The position numbers and the translations under genes were made by a program. From assembly GCA_003345555.1 (NCBI GenBank), contig PRDJ01000075.1:1-32000 (forward strand): a stretch of DNA of 32,000 nt, read 5' to 3'. Of this stretch, positions 1-8,748 are shown piece by piece. This stretch comes from Candidatus Thorarchaeota archaeon. GTDB taxonomy: Archaea > Asgardarchaeota > Thorarchaeia > Thorarchaeales > Thorarchaeaceae. The stretch's first letter is position 1. Each line of letters begins with the position of its first letter. The notes under the pieces were generated by a model. It was not told the origin of the DNA. It saw only the letters and a program-made list of their open reading frames with translations, and did no database searches.

Positions 1-1221
1 TCGTCACTGCCAGAAAGCACGAAGACACAGTTACGTGAAAGATATCCGGTTCGAGGTGAATACAACTCTCATGCATTGTTTGTATACTCAGCCCTGCGTC
101 AGCTCAAAAGAGATGGCGTATTGGCATACTTGGTTCACAAGAACATCCTCACCTTGGACAGTTACAGCGACTTGCGTCGTCTTCTGCTGGAGTCATATCA
201 GTGCGTCAATCTGATTGACTGCGGTCCAAGTGTATTCAAGAGCGTCACTGCTGAGACCGGCATAATCGTTGTGAGAAACATGCGCCCACTCCCAGACACG
301 AGTGTTGGACTCTCGGGATATGCAAGGCCGACAAGCATCGAACTCCCAATGACTTCGATTTCGCAGATCGACTACTTGAGACTCGTGCGTCCTTGGAAAT
401 ACCGCTATCTCTTGAACGTGCGCGAAGAAGACATGCTCCTCCTACACCTACTCGAGGAATTGCCTCGACTGGGCGGTTTCGTGACAATCACGCGAGGAAT
501 TGAGACTGGACATAACAGGCAGTCTCTCTCCTCAATCCCAAAGGAGCACGGGAATTGGGTTCCGGTTCTGCGCGGCAGAGACATATCCGCTTTTAAAGGG
601 ACCCAGCGGTTCTTCTTGGATTACAGCAGGGATGTGCTTTCAAAACCGGGTCCATCAGACCTTCGGGGAAGGCCGAAGCTCGTTGTACAGCAGAACTCGA
701 GGAGTCCCATTGCATTCTTTGACGAGGGTCGGTTCCTAGTTCTGAACTCTGCCACGTACATATCTGAAGCCGCACCGGACTTCCTGAAATCCGTCTGTGT
801 CTTGTTGAACTCGCGACTTGTTGGGTGGTTCTTCCGAAAGGTCATCACAAATGATGCCAGACTGACCGTGAACATACTGCCCAACAACCTTGGTCTCATC
901 CCCCTGCCAGCCCACATCGACAGACAGAATTTCGCATGGCTTTGTGATGCATTGACAGCCCTATATGCAGACTCAGAACAGAGCTATGTGTGGGAGACTG
1001 AGACCCTGCGCAATCTGGCTGATGCCGCCGTTCTTGAGTCATACTTCCCGCACCTTTTCCCGGAGAAGCACGCGACACGAGCCCTCGCTGCTGCCACAAT
1101 CAGGCCCATGACGAGCCAAGAACTCATTCCCGGCGGCAAAGCCCTGACGCTAAGTGCGGTGGCGGCACAAAAGACGCTTGACTCTCCGTTCGTAGAGGAA
1201 ATCGCGAGGCTTTCCATTTAG
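1..1221 (+). CDS. N6-adenine DNA methyltransferase, Eco57I/TaqI-like (type II or IIG), 5'-truncated; end of the MTase domain plus TaqI_C-like target-recognition domain
   Basis: Frame 1 is open from base 1 (SSLPESTKTQLRERY...), so the gene starts left of the window rather than at 76. Recognised segments: 'L..DGVLAYLV..NILT..SY..LRRLLL', 'VF..V..ETGIIV', 'ITRGIETG', 'PVLRGRDI', 'PKLVVQQ', 'LLNSRLVGWFF'. The catalytic NPPY-type motif is not in view. Confidence 0.75.
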   Translation, partial: SSLPESTKTQLRERYPVRGEYNSHALFVYSALRQLKRDGVLAYLVHKNILTLDSYSDLRRLLLESYQCVNLIDCGPSVFKSVTAETGIIVVRNMRPLPDTSVGLSGYARPTSIELPMTSISQIDYLRLVRPWKYRYLLNVREEDMLLLHLLEELPRLGGFVTITRGIETGHNRQSLSSIPKEHGNWVPVLRGRDISAFKGTQRFFLDYSRDVLSKPGPSDLRGRPKLVVQQNSRSPIAFFDEGRFLVLNSATYISEAAPDFLKSVCVLLNSRLVGWFFRKVITNDARLTVNILPNNLGLIPLPAHIDRQNFAWLCDALTALYADSEQSYVWETETLRNLADAAVLESYFPHLFPEKHATRALAAATIRPMTSQELIPGGKALTLSAVAAQKTLDSPFVEEIARLSI

Positions 1222-1337
1222 GCGACGTGTTGTCTTCAAGGCTTTAGAACGATTAGGGAAATAAGCCATGACCTCTGTGATGGAAAGTACCCGACGGCAA
1301 CGGACATAAGGAATGTTCTTCCCTCAGACTCGCAGCC

Positions 1338-1856
1338 ATGACGGATTCCGGAGACTTGCCTCGGCGAGAGATGCACCCTGATGAGATGGATATCGAGGAT
1401 CTGTTATGGAGCAGACGACATCAATTCATTGAGAATGCTCACTCATTGCTTTCTCATCACCCTCCGTCACTTTACGGACATTGCCTTCGACTTTCTCTTG
1501 GGAGCCACTCTGTCTATTTCTGTGGTCGGTGTTCGGGAATCTACGGTGGGCTCGGCTTGGGCATCATCGTTCTCCTGGCAGTCAATGTGCGTCTGGAGCC
1601 ATCATGGGCGTGGTTCTTCGGGGCTGTCGTGGTAGGATTCGCTACTGTGATTGATTGGTCGACGCAGAGACTATCGCCTCGTAAGACTACTGTGAGAACG
1701 AGAGCATTGACCGGTCTTATGAGCGGTCTGTCATTGGCGGTTATATTCGTCTTGGGTGATATAATCTACATACTAGTCGCTCTCAGCATAATGCTGGGGA
1801 CAATCGCCGTCGTCAGCATTGTCGAAAGCCGCATGACAAGAACGTCTTCCTTCTGA
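1338..1856 (+). CDS. DUF2085-like membrane protein
   Basis: 'HH...FCGRCSGIYGG' (CxRCxGxYxG) followed by four hydrophobic segments including 'IDWSTQ' and 'RALTGLMSG'. Confidence 0.75.
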   Translation: MTDSGDLPRREMHPDEMDIEDLLWSRRHQFIENAHSLLSHHPPSLYGHCLRLSLGSHSVYFCGRCSGIYGGLGLGIIVLLAVNVRLEPSWAWFFGAVVVGFATVIDWSTQRLSPRKTTVRTRALTGLMSGLSLAVIFVLGDIIYILVALSIMLGTIAVVSIVESRMTRTSSF

Positions 1857-1974
1857 TGTGACAAGGCGGACAGGCAGATCCAGCGTGCTCACCTGCACCT
1901 CGAAGTGGGCATGGTCCCATGACAGAAAGCAAGCATTTTAACCGGCTCATACCGTTGGGAAGTCCGGTGACCCG

Positions 1975-3111
1975 ATGATTCCAGTAGCCAAACCCCTCGT
2001 TGGAAAAGAAGAGATTGAAGCCGTCAGAAAAGTCTTGGAATCCGGAATGCTCGCTGAAGGAACTGTTGCTCATGAACTCGAACACGAATTCGCGACATAC
2101 ATTGGAACCAAGTTCGCCATAGCAACTTCGAATGGGACTACTGCCCTGAGCACTGCTCTGGACGCCATGAACATCCAACCGGGCGACGAAGTCATAACAA
2201 CGCCCTTCACATTCATTGCTTCTGCAAATACTATAGCCATGCTGGGAGCTATCCCTGTTTTCGTCGACGTCCAACGTGACACATACAACATCGACCCAGA
2301 CTTGATTGAGAAGGCAATCACAAAGAAGACCAAGGCAATAATGCCAGTCCATATCTTCGGAATGCCGTGTGATATGAAACAGATAATGGAGATTGCGAAC
2401 GCGCACAACCTACTAGTCATCGAAGATGCGGCCCAAGCGCACGGAGCTGCAATTGATGGAAGGAAGATTGGATCTTTCGGCCATACTGCCGCATTCTCCT
2501 TCTATGCCACCAAGAACATGATGACAGGTGAGGGCGGCATGATCATGACTAATGATGAGGAGGTTTACGATAAGGCCATGATGATCAAGAATCATGGTCG
2601 AGGCAAGGAAGGGGGGTATAGTCATCATCGGATTGGCTACAACAGCCGAATGATGGACTTGGTCGCGGCCATCGGTTTAGAGCAGTTGAAGAGATTGCCC
2701 GGCGTCTTGACCGCCAGACGAAAGAATGCAGCAGCGTACGACAAAATGTGCTTCGAACTGAAAGGCATTCGCCCCCAAGTGGCCAAGAAGGGTTTCGAGT
2801 CAGCATATCATGTATACGCACCTTGTCTGAACTCCCCCAAGATGAACCGAGACAAAATGATTGAGTACCTGAAGCAGAACGATGTCGGATCTCGTACAGT
2901 CTATGCTCTGCCATGCCACAAGCAAGATACCTACCTGAACATTAGAGACTGGCGTTGGGCTAGATTCGTCAAGTACCCCAATTACGCTGCGTTAAAGCTA
3001 CCAAATTCTGAAGAGGTTGGGGCACAACACTTCGAGATTCCCGTACATCCATCTGTGACGGATCAGGATCGAACTCGAATTGAGCAATTGGTTAGAAAGG
3101 TCCTGTCCTAA
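1975..3111 (+). CDS. DegT/DnrJ/EryC1/StrS family PLP-dependent sugar aminotransferase
   Basis: 'SNGTTAL', 'DEVITTPFTFIASAN', 'IEDAAQAHGA', PLP-lysine motif 'SFYATKNMMTGEGGM', 'GYNSRM'. Confidence 0.95.
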   Translation: MIPVAKPLVGKEEIEAVRKVLESGMLAEGTVAHELEHEFATYIGTKFAIATSNGTTALSTALDAMNIQPGDEVITTPFTFIASANTIAMLGAIPVFVDVQRDTYNIDPDLIEKAITKKTKAIMPVHIFGMPCDMKQIMEIANAHNLLVIEDAAQAHGAAIDGRKIGSFGHTAAFSFYATKNMMTGEGGMIMTNDEEVYDKAMMIKNHGRGKEGGYSHHRIGYNSRMMDLVAAIGLEQLKRLPGVLTARRKNAAAYDKMCFELKGIRPQVAKKGFESAYHVYAPCLNSPKMNRDKMIEYLKQNDVGSRTVYALPCHKQDTYLNIRDWRWARFVKYPNYAALKLPNSEEVGAQHFEIPVHPSVTDQDRTRIEQLVRKVLS

Positions 3112-3746
3112 GCTGTCTCGAAATACGGAAGGATTGTCCGGAGATCCTTCGACCGAATGGTGACCGAAGCTGCCTGGCTAACCCGCTCGGTCTGAGGGTT
3201 GAACGCAATACTTAGAGAGGATAACTTGAACAAATCCAGGTCGTTCTCGCCATCACCTACGCTTGCTAGATTCCGGGAAGAGAACCCTTTGCTCTTTAGA
3301 TACTGAAGGACCTTCGCTGCCTTCTGAGGTCCTTCCATTACGTACTTTACAGTGCCGTCGTGCTTTCCGTCCTTCTCGCCCAGCGTGTTGGAAAAGGCGA
3401 ACTCTAGATTCAGTCTTCTACTAAAAGGCTTCATGAAGAACTGACTAACGCCGCTTGATACACACCCCACTCTGTAACCGAGTTGCCTCAGAGACTTCAC
3501 GGTTTCCTCGGCACCCAGCATCAAGGGGATCTTTTCAACAAGAGGATCCAGTGTTCCGTCCACCGGGATGCCAGTCCATATCCTTGCCCCTTGGATTATG
3601 GAGTCTCTGAGCGACAACTGCTTTCTCACAACGCCCACAAAGGCCTCTTCTAGACCCAACTGTTTGGCAAGAGGATACGCGGCGCTGGGCCCATCAAAAA
3701 GAACGCCATCGAGATCGAGCGCAACCACAGCAATCCGATTCTGCAT
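3108..3746 (-). CDS. serB: HAD-superfamily phosphatase, phosphoserine phosphatase (SerB)-like
   Basis: HAD motif I 'DLDGVL', motif II 'VSSG', 'FSNTL', Lys in 'QKAA', motif IV 'VGDGENDL'. ATG at 3746 is preferred over the 3779 start in the ORF track. The substrate is not proven. Confidence 0.75.
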   Translation of the reverse strand: MQNRIAVVALDLDGVLFDGPSAAYPLAKQLGLEEAFVGVVRKQLSLRDSIIQGARIWTGIPVDGTLDPLVEKIPLMLGAEETVKSLRQLGYRVGCVSSGVSQFFMKPFSRRLNLEFAFSNTLGEKDGKHDGTVKYVMEGPQKAAKVLQYLKSKGFSSRNLASVGDGENDLDLFKLSSLSIAFNPQTERVSQAASVTIRSKDLRTILPYFETA

Positions 3747-3832
3747 CAACGAGTCACGTCGCTTGGATCTTATGGGCATCTAATCCGAAGTAGAAACAGT
3801 ATTATCGGTTTTGGTCTTGTGATGCAATACCG

Positions 3833-4987
3833 ATGAACGTCATCTACAAAGGCAAGCGTGTGGGCACCATAAACGAGATCCGGAAGCTATTGAGCACTAA
3901 GCGTCCTGACCTCTCTCGGACCTATGAGCTTGGCCGCACACCAAGGGAAGTAATCAGTAAGCTAATGATAGTTTGCGGCAGAGTCGGTAACGAGAGTCTT
4001 GGTCTTTACCGAGCGAAAGCAGGGGAACTTGAATCAGATTTCATTGCTGTGGACAGTAACAGCTGGACCGATTTGCTCGCCAGCATCAAGAGGGCTTTTG
4101 ATCCGGGCAGGCATACGGCCATACTGCTCATTGGCTCACGCGACGAGCTTCCCTCGACCCCGATGCGGTTCGGGGGTAATCAGTCTTTCACAGATTGGTT
4201 TCTTCAAGATGTGGACGGTGATGGTGTTCCAGATGTGCCAGTAGGTCGGATATTTGGCTTGCCTCAGACAGTCCTCTATCATATGGACCCACTAATCATT
4301 GACAGCAACATAGCCGTGATTTTCGACAGTCAACCGGGTCGATCCAATCGCCACGTGCAGGCCTTAGTGAAACTGGGATTCGATGTTCAAGTTCTTGAGA
4401 AATTTGCGCCCGGAGACGTGAGGCTAATGTCTCTTACTGAGTTCATTCTTCAGTTCTCTGATGGTGTGTATTCATCAAGGATACATGGTACTCCCGATAT
4501 GTGGGCGTCGCACAACTCGATGATCCTGAGTCATCAGCAGGTTTCTCAAATCGGATTCCAAGGCTATCCCTTTGTCTTCTCCGAAGCTTGCTGTACAGCA
4601 GGGGAAGGCCCGCTCGTGAGAGCATTCCTGAACCAAGGAGCTTGCTACCTAGGCGCAAGCCTCGACACGATGAACAACACGCGTTCTTTCGACGACTGGC
4701 GTTATTGTGCCTATTGCGATGGCTACAAGTATGGGATTCTCGATCTCCTTGACTCATATGAGACGCTTGGACAGGTGAAACTACAAGTGGACCGGGAGAT
4801 CTTCAATCACTTGGATGAAAGTCCAAGACATCAGATTGAGGACATCAAGAATCATCAAAGCCAGGATTTGTCTTCCGAGAATGCGCTGTCGGCAATCGAG
4901 TGGGTTATGCTAGGCAATCCGGTGCGGCGCACAACAGTCGGACCAAATGCAGACTACAACCCCGGAAAAATAACGGTGGATACTTAG
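3833..4987 (+). CDS. Peptidase C25 (gingipain-like, clan CD) cysteine protease, no signal peptide
   Basis: 'ILLIG...LP', 'TDWFLQDVDGDGVPDVPVGRI', putative catalytic 'IHG' and 'SEACCT', 'AFLNQGACYLGAS', C-terminal 'WVMLGNP' (consensus LLGDP). Confidence 0.75.
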   Translation: MNVIYKGKRVGTINEIRKLLSTKRPDLSRTYELGRTPREVISKLMIVCGRVGNESLGLYRAKAGELESDFIAVDSNSWTDLLASIKRAFDPGRHTAILLIGSRDELPSTPMRFGGNQSFTDWFLQDVDGDGVPDVPVGRIFGLPQTVLYHMDPLIIDSNIAVIFDSQPGRSNRHVQALVKLGFDVQVLEKFAPGDVRLMSLTEFILQFSDGVYSSRIHGTPDMWASHNSMILSHQQVSQIGFQGYPFVFSEACCTAGEGPLVRAFLNQGACYLGASLDTMNNTRSFDDWRYCAYCDGYKYGILDLLDSYETLGQVKLQVDREIFNHLDESPRHQIEDIKNHQSQDLSSENALSAIEWVMLGNPVRRTTVGPNADYNPGKITVDT

Positions 4988-5340
4988 TCGTTACGAAATG
5001 CTATCGTGTCATAGTCATAGAGTATCTTGTAACACCCGGGCAGACTGTTTGCACAAATGGTCTTGGATGAAACAGCCAATGTAGAACCACGGGACGTGCC
5101 AGTTCGAGTTCGGTCTTTGGTGCTGAGTTAGAGTATTAATTGCGGGTTGTGCTAATTCAGAATCTAGACGTTCTAGAAAGAAATGACACACGGCAGAAGA
5201 TGACAAGCTACAATTAGCGTGTTCTAGGCCTGCGAATGGATTGCCCCCAAACGAACGACATGGACAAATGATTAAAATACGGTAATGTGTCAACGAACCG
5301 CAGCTACTATGCACTCAAACAGTAGTGTGAGGCGACTAAT

Positions 5341-5439
5341 GTGAGCGAAGACAAGAAGAAGATTGTTCCCAAGATGCATGGCCCAAAGAATCCGTTCAAG
5401 GGTGGAAACCCGTTGAAGAAGGGCGAGAAGAAGGAGTAG
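5341..5439 (+). CDS. Putative 32-aa Lys-rich small protein (MSEDKKKIVPKMHGPKNPFKGGNPLKKGEKKE)
   Basis: GTG start preceded by purine-rich GTGAGG, mostly AAG/GAG codons like neighbouring genes, TAG stop immediately followed by a T9 tract. Below the length cut-off of the ORF track. Confidence 0.55.
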   Translation: MSEDKKKIVPKMHGPKNPFKGGNPLKKGEKKE

Positions 5440-5443
5440 TGTC

Positions 5444-5452
5444 TTTTTTTTT
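5444..5452 (+). terminator. Oligo-T tract, archaeal-type terminator
   Basis: TTTTTTTTT starts 5 nt after the stop codon of the small ORF. It is the longest T-run I noticed in the window. Confidence 0.55.
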
Positions 5453-5547
5453 CACTGCATGGAGGTATCTGCAAGGCCTGAGCCTACGCAGATACTTGTC
5501 TATGCATCTATCACAAACGCCTTGCAGACATCGGACGTCCAGATTGA

Positions 5548-6498
5548 ATGACGCTCTCAATTGAAGTTCCTAGGGCTTACGACCTGCTGTCTTCAGTTCA
5601 CGCTTGGGTGTACCCGGACATTCAACCAGTTCCCGAAGTCACATGGAGTGAAGGTTTCGGACGGGTATTCACATTCAATGAGATTCAAGCACCAGTCATA
5701 GTGTTGCAGGAATCTCCTGGCAATAAGCTGCGATTACAATATGATAACGTGGATGTGAGAGCATCGAGCATCCGAAGCAAGATAAGGCGAGTATTAAGTC
5801 TGGATGTTGATACTAGTAGCGCGATGAAGCATATTATAGAGGATCCTGTAGTATGTTCTGTAGGTCCTGCCGTCGAGAAGATACGTCCGTACTGCACAGA
5901 CACTATTCTTGAGGCACTCATCAAGGCCATCCTGCAACAACAGGTGTCCTATCGGGCAGCCAGTATTCTCACGAAACGTATGATTGTCGGTTTGGTGACC
6001 CCAACTGAGTTTAAGATGCGGCATCTGTATTCCTTTCCCAGCGCTTTAACTTTGGTCAACGCCGGGAGGCCGAGGCTGTCTGATTTTGGCTTCGGATTCA
6101 AAACTGACTACGTATATGATGTTGCCTCAGCAGCCAACACCGGAATGCTGAATGTCGAGGTGCTCTCAGGAAGGACATCCGCAGACGCAAGGGAGATGCT
6201 CCAGTCTTTTCGAGGCATAGGCAACTGGACGATTGATGCCCTCGCCATATCTGGTCTCGGCGACTTCTCTGTTTTCCCTTCAGGTGACCTGGGCATGAGA
6301 AACCTTCTTGGCAGACTGTACAACAAAGGAATCCGCGTGTCACAAGCCCAGGTTGTCAAGAAAATCGAATCATGGGGGACGGATGGTCCGTTGGTCCTCT
6401 ACCTGCTCATGTGCGCCGATGTTCTGGGTATGCTAGGCCAATCAGGACGCCCGAAAACGCATAAAAGGGAACCTTTGAAGGCTCAATCAGAGTCTTAG
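5548..6498 (+). CDS. alkA: AlkA-like DNA-3-methyladenine glycosylase (HhH-GPD superfamily)
   Basis: 'EALIKAILQQQVS', 'FPSA..L', 'GFGFKTDY', HhH 'FRGIGNWT' and 'VFPSGDLGMR'. Confidence 0.85.
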   Translation: MTLSIEVPRAYDLLSSVHAWVYPDIQPVPEVTWSEGFGRVFTFNEIQAPVIVLQESPGNKLRLQYDNVDVRASSIRSKIRRVLSLDVDTSSAMKHIIEDPVVCSVGPAVEKIRPYCTDTILEALIKAILQQQVSYRAASILTKRMIVGLVTPTEFKMRHLYSFPSALTLVNAGRPRLSDFGFGFKTDYVYDVASAANTGMLNVEVLSGRTSADAREMLQSFRGIGNWTIDALAISGLGDFSVFPSGDLGMRNLLGRLYNKGIRVSQAQVVKKIESWGTDGPLVLYLLMCADVLGMLGQSGRPKTHKREPLKAQSES

Positions 6499-7674
6499 GT
6501 GAGGCCCTTGTCTCAGCACCCTCGTGTAACTCAGGAGAAGAACACCAAGACATGGCGAATAAGGTCCATGCTTCTGAAGGAACTGAGGCTCATCGAAATC
6601 GACAAGTTTGCACTGCTAATGGTGTTCGCGCTGCCCGGCATGATAATGGGGACACTATGGGTTGCCCGGTTGCAGGCTAATGCCTCAACCGTTGGAACAG
6701 ACACTGGCAAGGACTCTGATGCCCTAACAATAGGAGTCGTGGATCTTGACCCAACTGATACGTATCCGGGTCAGGATTTGTCTGACAATTTCACGTGGTA
6801 CCTAGAGGAAAGTCCTGACTTCATCGTCGTGCGGTTCGCCACCGAACAAGATGCTCTCAATGCATTGTACGAAGACACTATCAAAGCATACGCCGTCATT
6901 CCCTATGGCTTCGAGGGAAACATAACTGGAGACATACCAGCATTCGTGCCCATACACATCAGCAGCACAGACTTTCAGAGCCAAGCGACAGTATTCGGAG
7001 CATTCCAGACTGCGGTGGCAGACTTCCGGTCCGACCATGGATGGGTAAAGGGTGAGATTAACGTCGACACGATTCGTGAATTTGAGCCGGTAGGCGACTA
7101 TGCCGCGGCGTCGTTTGGTGTGTTCTTGATTGTTTTTTCATCATTCATAGCAGTTGCCGCGACCGGCGCCCAAGCGATAGTGGGCGATGTGCCATTGAAC
7201 AGGATGCTATTGACACCTGCAACAAAGATGGAGGCAGTAATAGCGAAAGTTCTAGCGTACTTCATATTGGGCATGATACAAGCGCAGTTCTTATTGTTGC
7301 TTTGGATGGGCCTGTTTGGAATTGTTCCCAATACAGACTATCTGACGCTCAACGGGGTGTTGGCGTTGATGTCTATTTCAGGGTCCGCCTTGGGAGTCTT
7401 CATATCAACGATGTGTAGAACAAGACTGCAGGCAAATCAATCATTCCTACTCATTCTGTTTAGCTCTTTCATCGTTGGAACAGGATTCATGGATGTAGGA
7501 CCTGTCGACGATTTGTATCCTCTCAACCTAGGACGAATCATGATAATCGACACGGCATTCAAGGGTGTGTCATTGGCGACCTTCTCAAGCGAGATATTTC
7601 GGATATTGGCTTTCACTCTAGTTATGATAGTACTCGCATGGGGAGTACTAGCAAAAAGAGCTACACTGGCGTAA
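6499..7674 (+). CDS. ABC-2 type transporter permease
   Basis: N-terminal 'RIRSMLLKELRLI' plus a TM segment, large extracellular domain ('IGVVDLD', 'AYAVIPYGF'), 'RMLLTP...AK' and about five further TM segments. Start is 6499 (GTG) or 6568 (ATG). Confidence 0.85.
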   Translation: MRPLSQHPRVTQEKNTKTWRIRSMLLKELRLIEIDKFALLMVFALPGMIMGTLWVARLQANASTVGTDTGKDSDALTIGVVDLDPTDTYPGQDLSDNFTWYLEESPDFIVVRFATEQDALNALYEDTIKAYAVIPYGFEGNITGDIPAFVPIHISSTDFQSQATVFGAFQTAVADFRSDHGWVKGEINVDTIREFEPVGDYAAASFGVFLIVFSSFIAVAATGAQAIVGDVPLNRMLLTPATKMEAVIAKVLAYFILGMIQAQFLLLLWMGLFGIVPNTDYLTLNGVLALMSISGSALGVFISTMCRTRLQANQSFLLILFSSFIVGTGFMDVGPVDDLYPLNLGRIMIIDTAFKGVSLATFSSEIFRILAFTLVMIVLAWGVLAKRATLA

Positions 7675-7787
7675 AATCCACCAAGGTCTCTGCCATGGGC
7701 TGGATTCGCGGGCTGCCAACCCAATTGAACGACCTGAGACTAACACTCTCGGACTCCTAGTGCTCCTTATTGTGGATACCATCTCAA

Positions 7788-8609
7788 CTAGAATCCGAAG
7801 AGAGTTGCAAGAACAACGACTGCGGCGTTGTTGAAACCATGGGCGACAGCGGGTCCAAGCACGGAGTACCTTCTCTTCTCTGCAAGGTATCCCAGAAAGA
7901 GACTGAGAACAAACAGAGATGGAAGCCCGGTCAAATCCAGATGAGCGGCCGCGAAGACTAAAGAAGTGATCAGAATGGATTTGGTGCCGCTTCTACTTGA
8001 ACGTGTTCGAAAGTACATCTGAACTCGTCTCTGCAGGAAACCTCTGAATACGGTCTCCTCGCTCAATCCTACAACAACAAACATCACCGCAATCCACGCT
8101 ATTAGCTCCTGTGTCCCTGAAGCGATGAAAGCACTTGGACCTGTGGAGATCTGTGTCCCGGTCACGGTATTGATTAACCAGCTCACAAATCCCGTCACGC
8201 CAATGTTAGCAATCAGCATGACTATGCCGACCAACAGACCCAACGCTATATCGGTCGCCGGGGCGGATGACTTAAGCCCAACGGACGCGAGCGGCAGAGC
8301 CCGCCTCTTCGCATACAGCATAGGAGGCACTATGAATCCAATCTCTGAAAGCGATACCAGTAAGAGCGCCCAAGGTTTGAAGGTAACCCCGAAAGTCACT
8401 ACATTGATTACAATCATCCCCGCATTGATCAATGGTATCATGATGAATAGAAGCAGACCCATAGCGAGAACGAAGGAACCGCCGGTGAAGAGAAGTACGC
8501 GAAATAGAGTGTCCCAGTTAACCTCTCGCTCTAGCTTCGTCCCCGGCTCATAGATATCAATCCCTCTGAATTCTTCGAAGTCGTAGCGATCGGGATCTTC
8601 GATAACCAC
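7788..8609 (-). CDS. CPBP family (Abi / type II CAAX) intramembrane metalloprotease
   Basis: Motifs 'GLSEETVFRGFLQ' (EExxxR), 'FAAAH', 'HGFNN'; multiple TM segments. Confidence 0.9.
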   Translation of the reverse strand: MVIEDPDRYDFEEFRGIDIYEPGTKLEREVNWDTLFRVLLFTGGSFVLAMGLLLFIMIPLINAGMIVINVVTFGVTFKPWALLLVSLSEIGFIVPPMLYAKRRALPLASVGLKSSAPATDIALGLLVGIVMLIANIGVTGFVSWLINTVTGTQISTGPSAFIASGTQELIAWIAVMFVVVGLSEETVFRGFLQRRVQMYFRTRSSRSGTKSILITSLVFAAAHLDLTGLPSLFVLSLFLGYLAEKRRYSVLGPAVAHGFNNAAVVVLATLFGF

Positions 8610-8748
8610 AAACGTGACCTACTGGAGCTGGCAGGCGGGTTCGTGATAAAGTTGCTGATGTACCATTCTTTATCAGTATTGCAGCCTGTTGTCTTCGGTA
8701 GCGAAAGCGGAAGGGAGCAGTGTGGTCTCAACTTACGAAGACTACGAA

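Noticed and set aside
1813-2406. 197-aa minus-strand ORF, and the many other nested ORFs in the track
   Set aside because: They overlap well-supported genes and carry no motifs.
5015-5314. 99-aa minus-strand ORF
   Set aside because: No recognisable motif, atypical composition and no start signals. The region remains unexplained.
6496-6501. The alkA-like gene and the ABC permease are in frame, separated only by TAG; possible pyrrolysine readthrough fusion
   Set aside because: Both proteins look complete and are functionally unrelated, and the permease has its own start. No supporting signal was seen.
8705-8725. GGAAGGGAGCAG resembles SRP RNA helix 8
   Set aside because: The 5' side (GCGAAAGC) cannot form the required stem, and there is no surrounding ~300-nt SRP structure.
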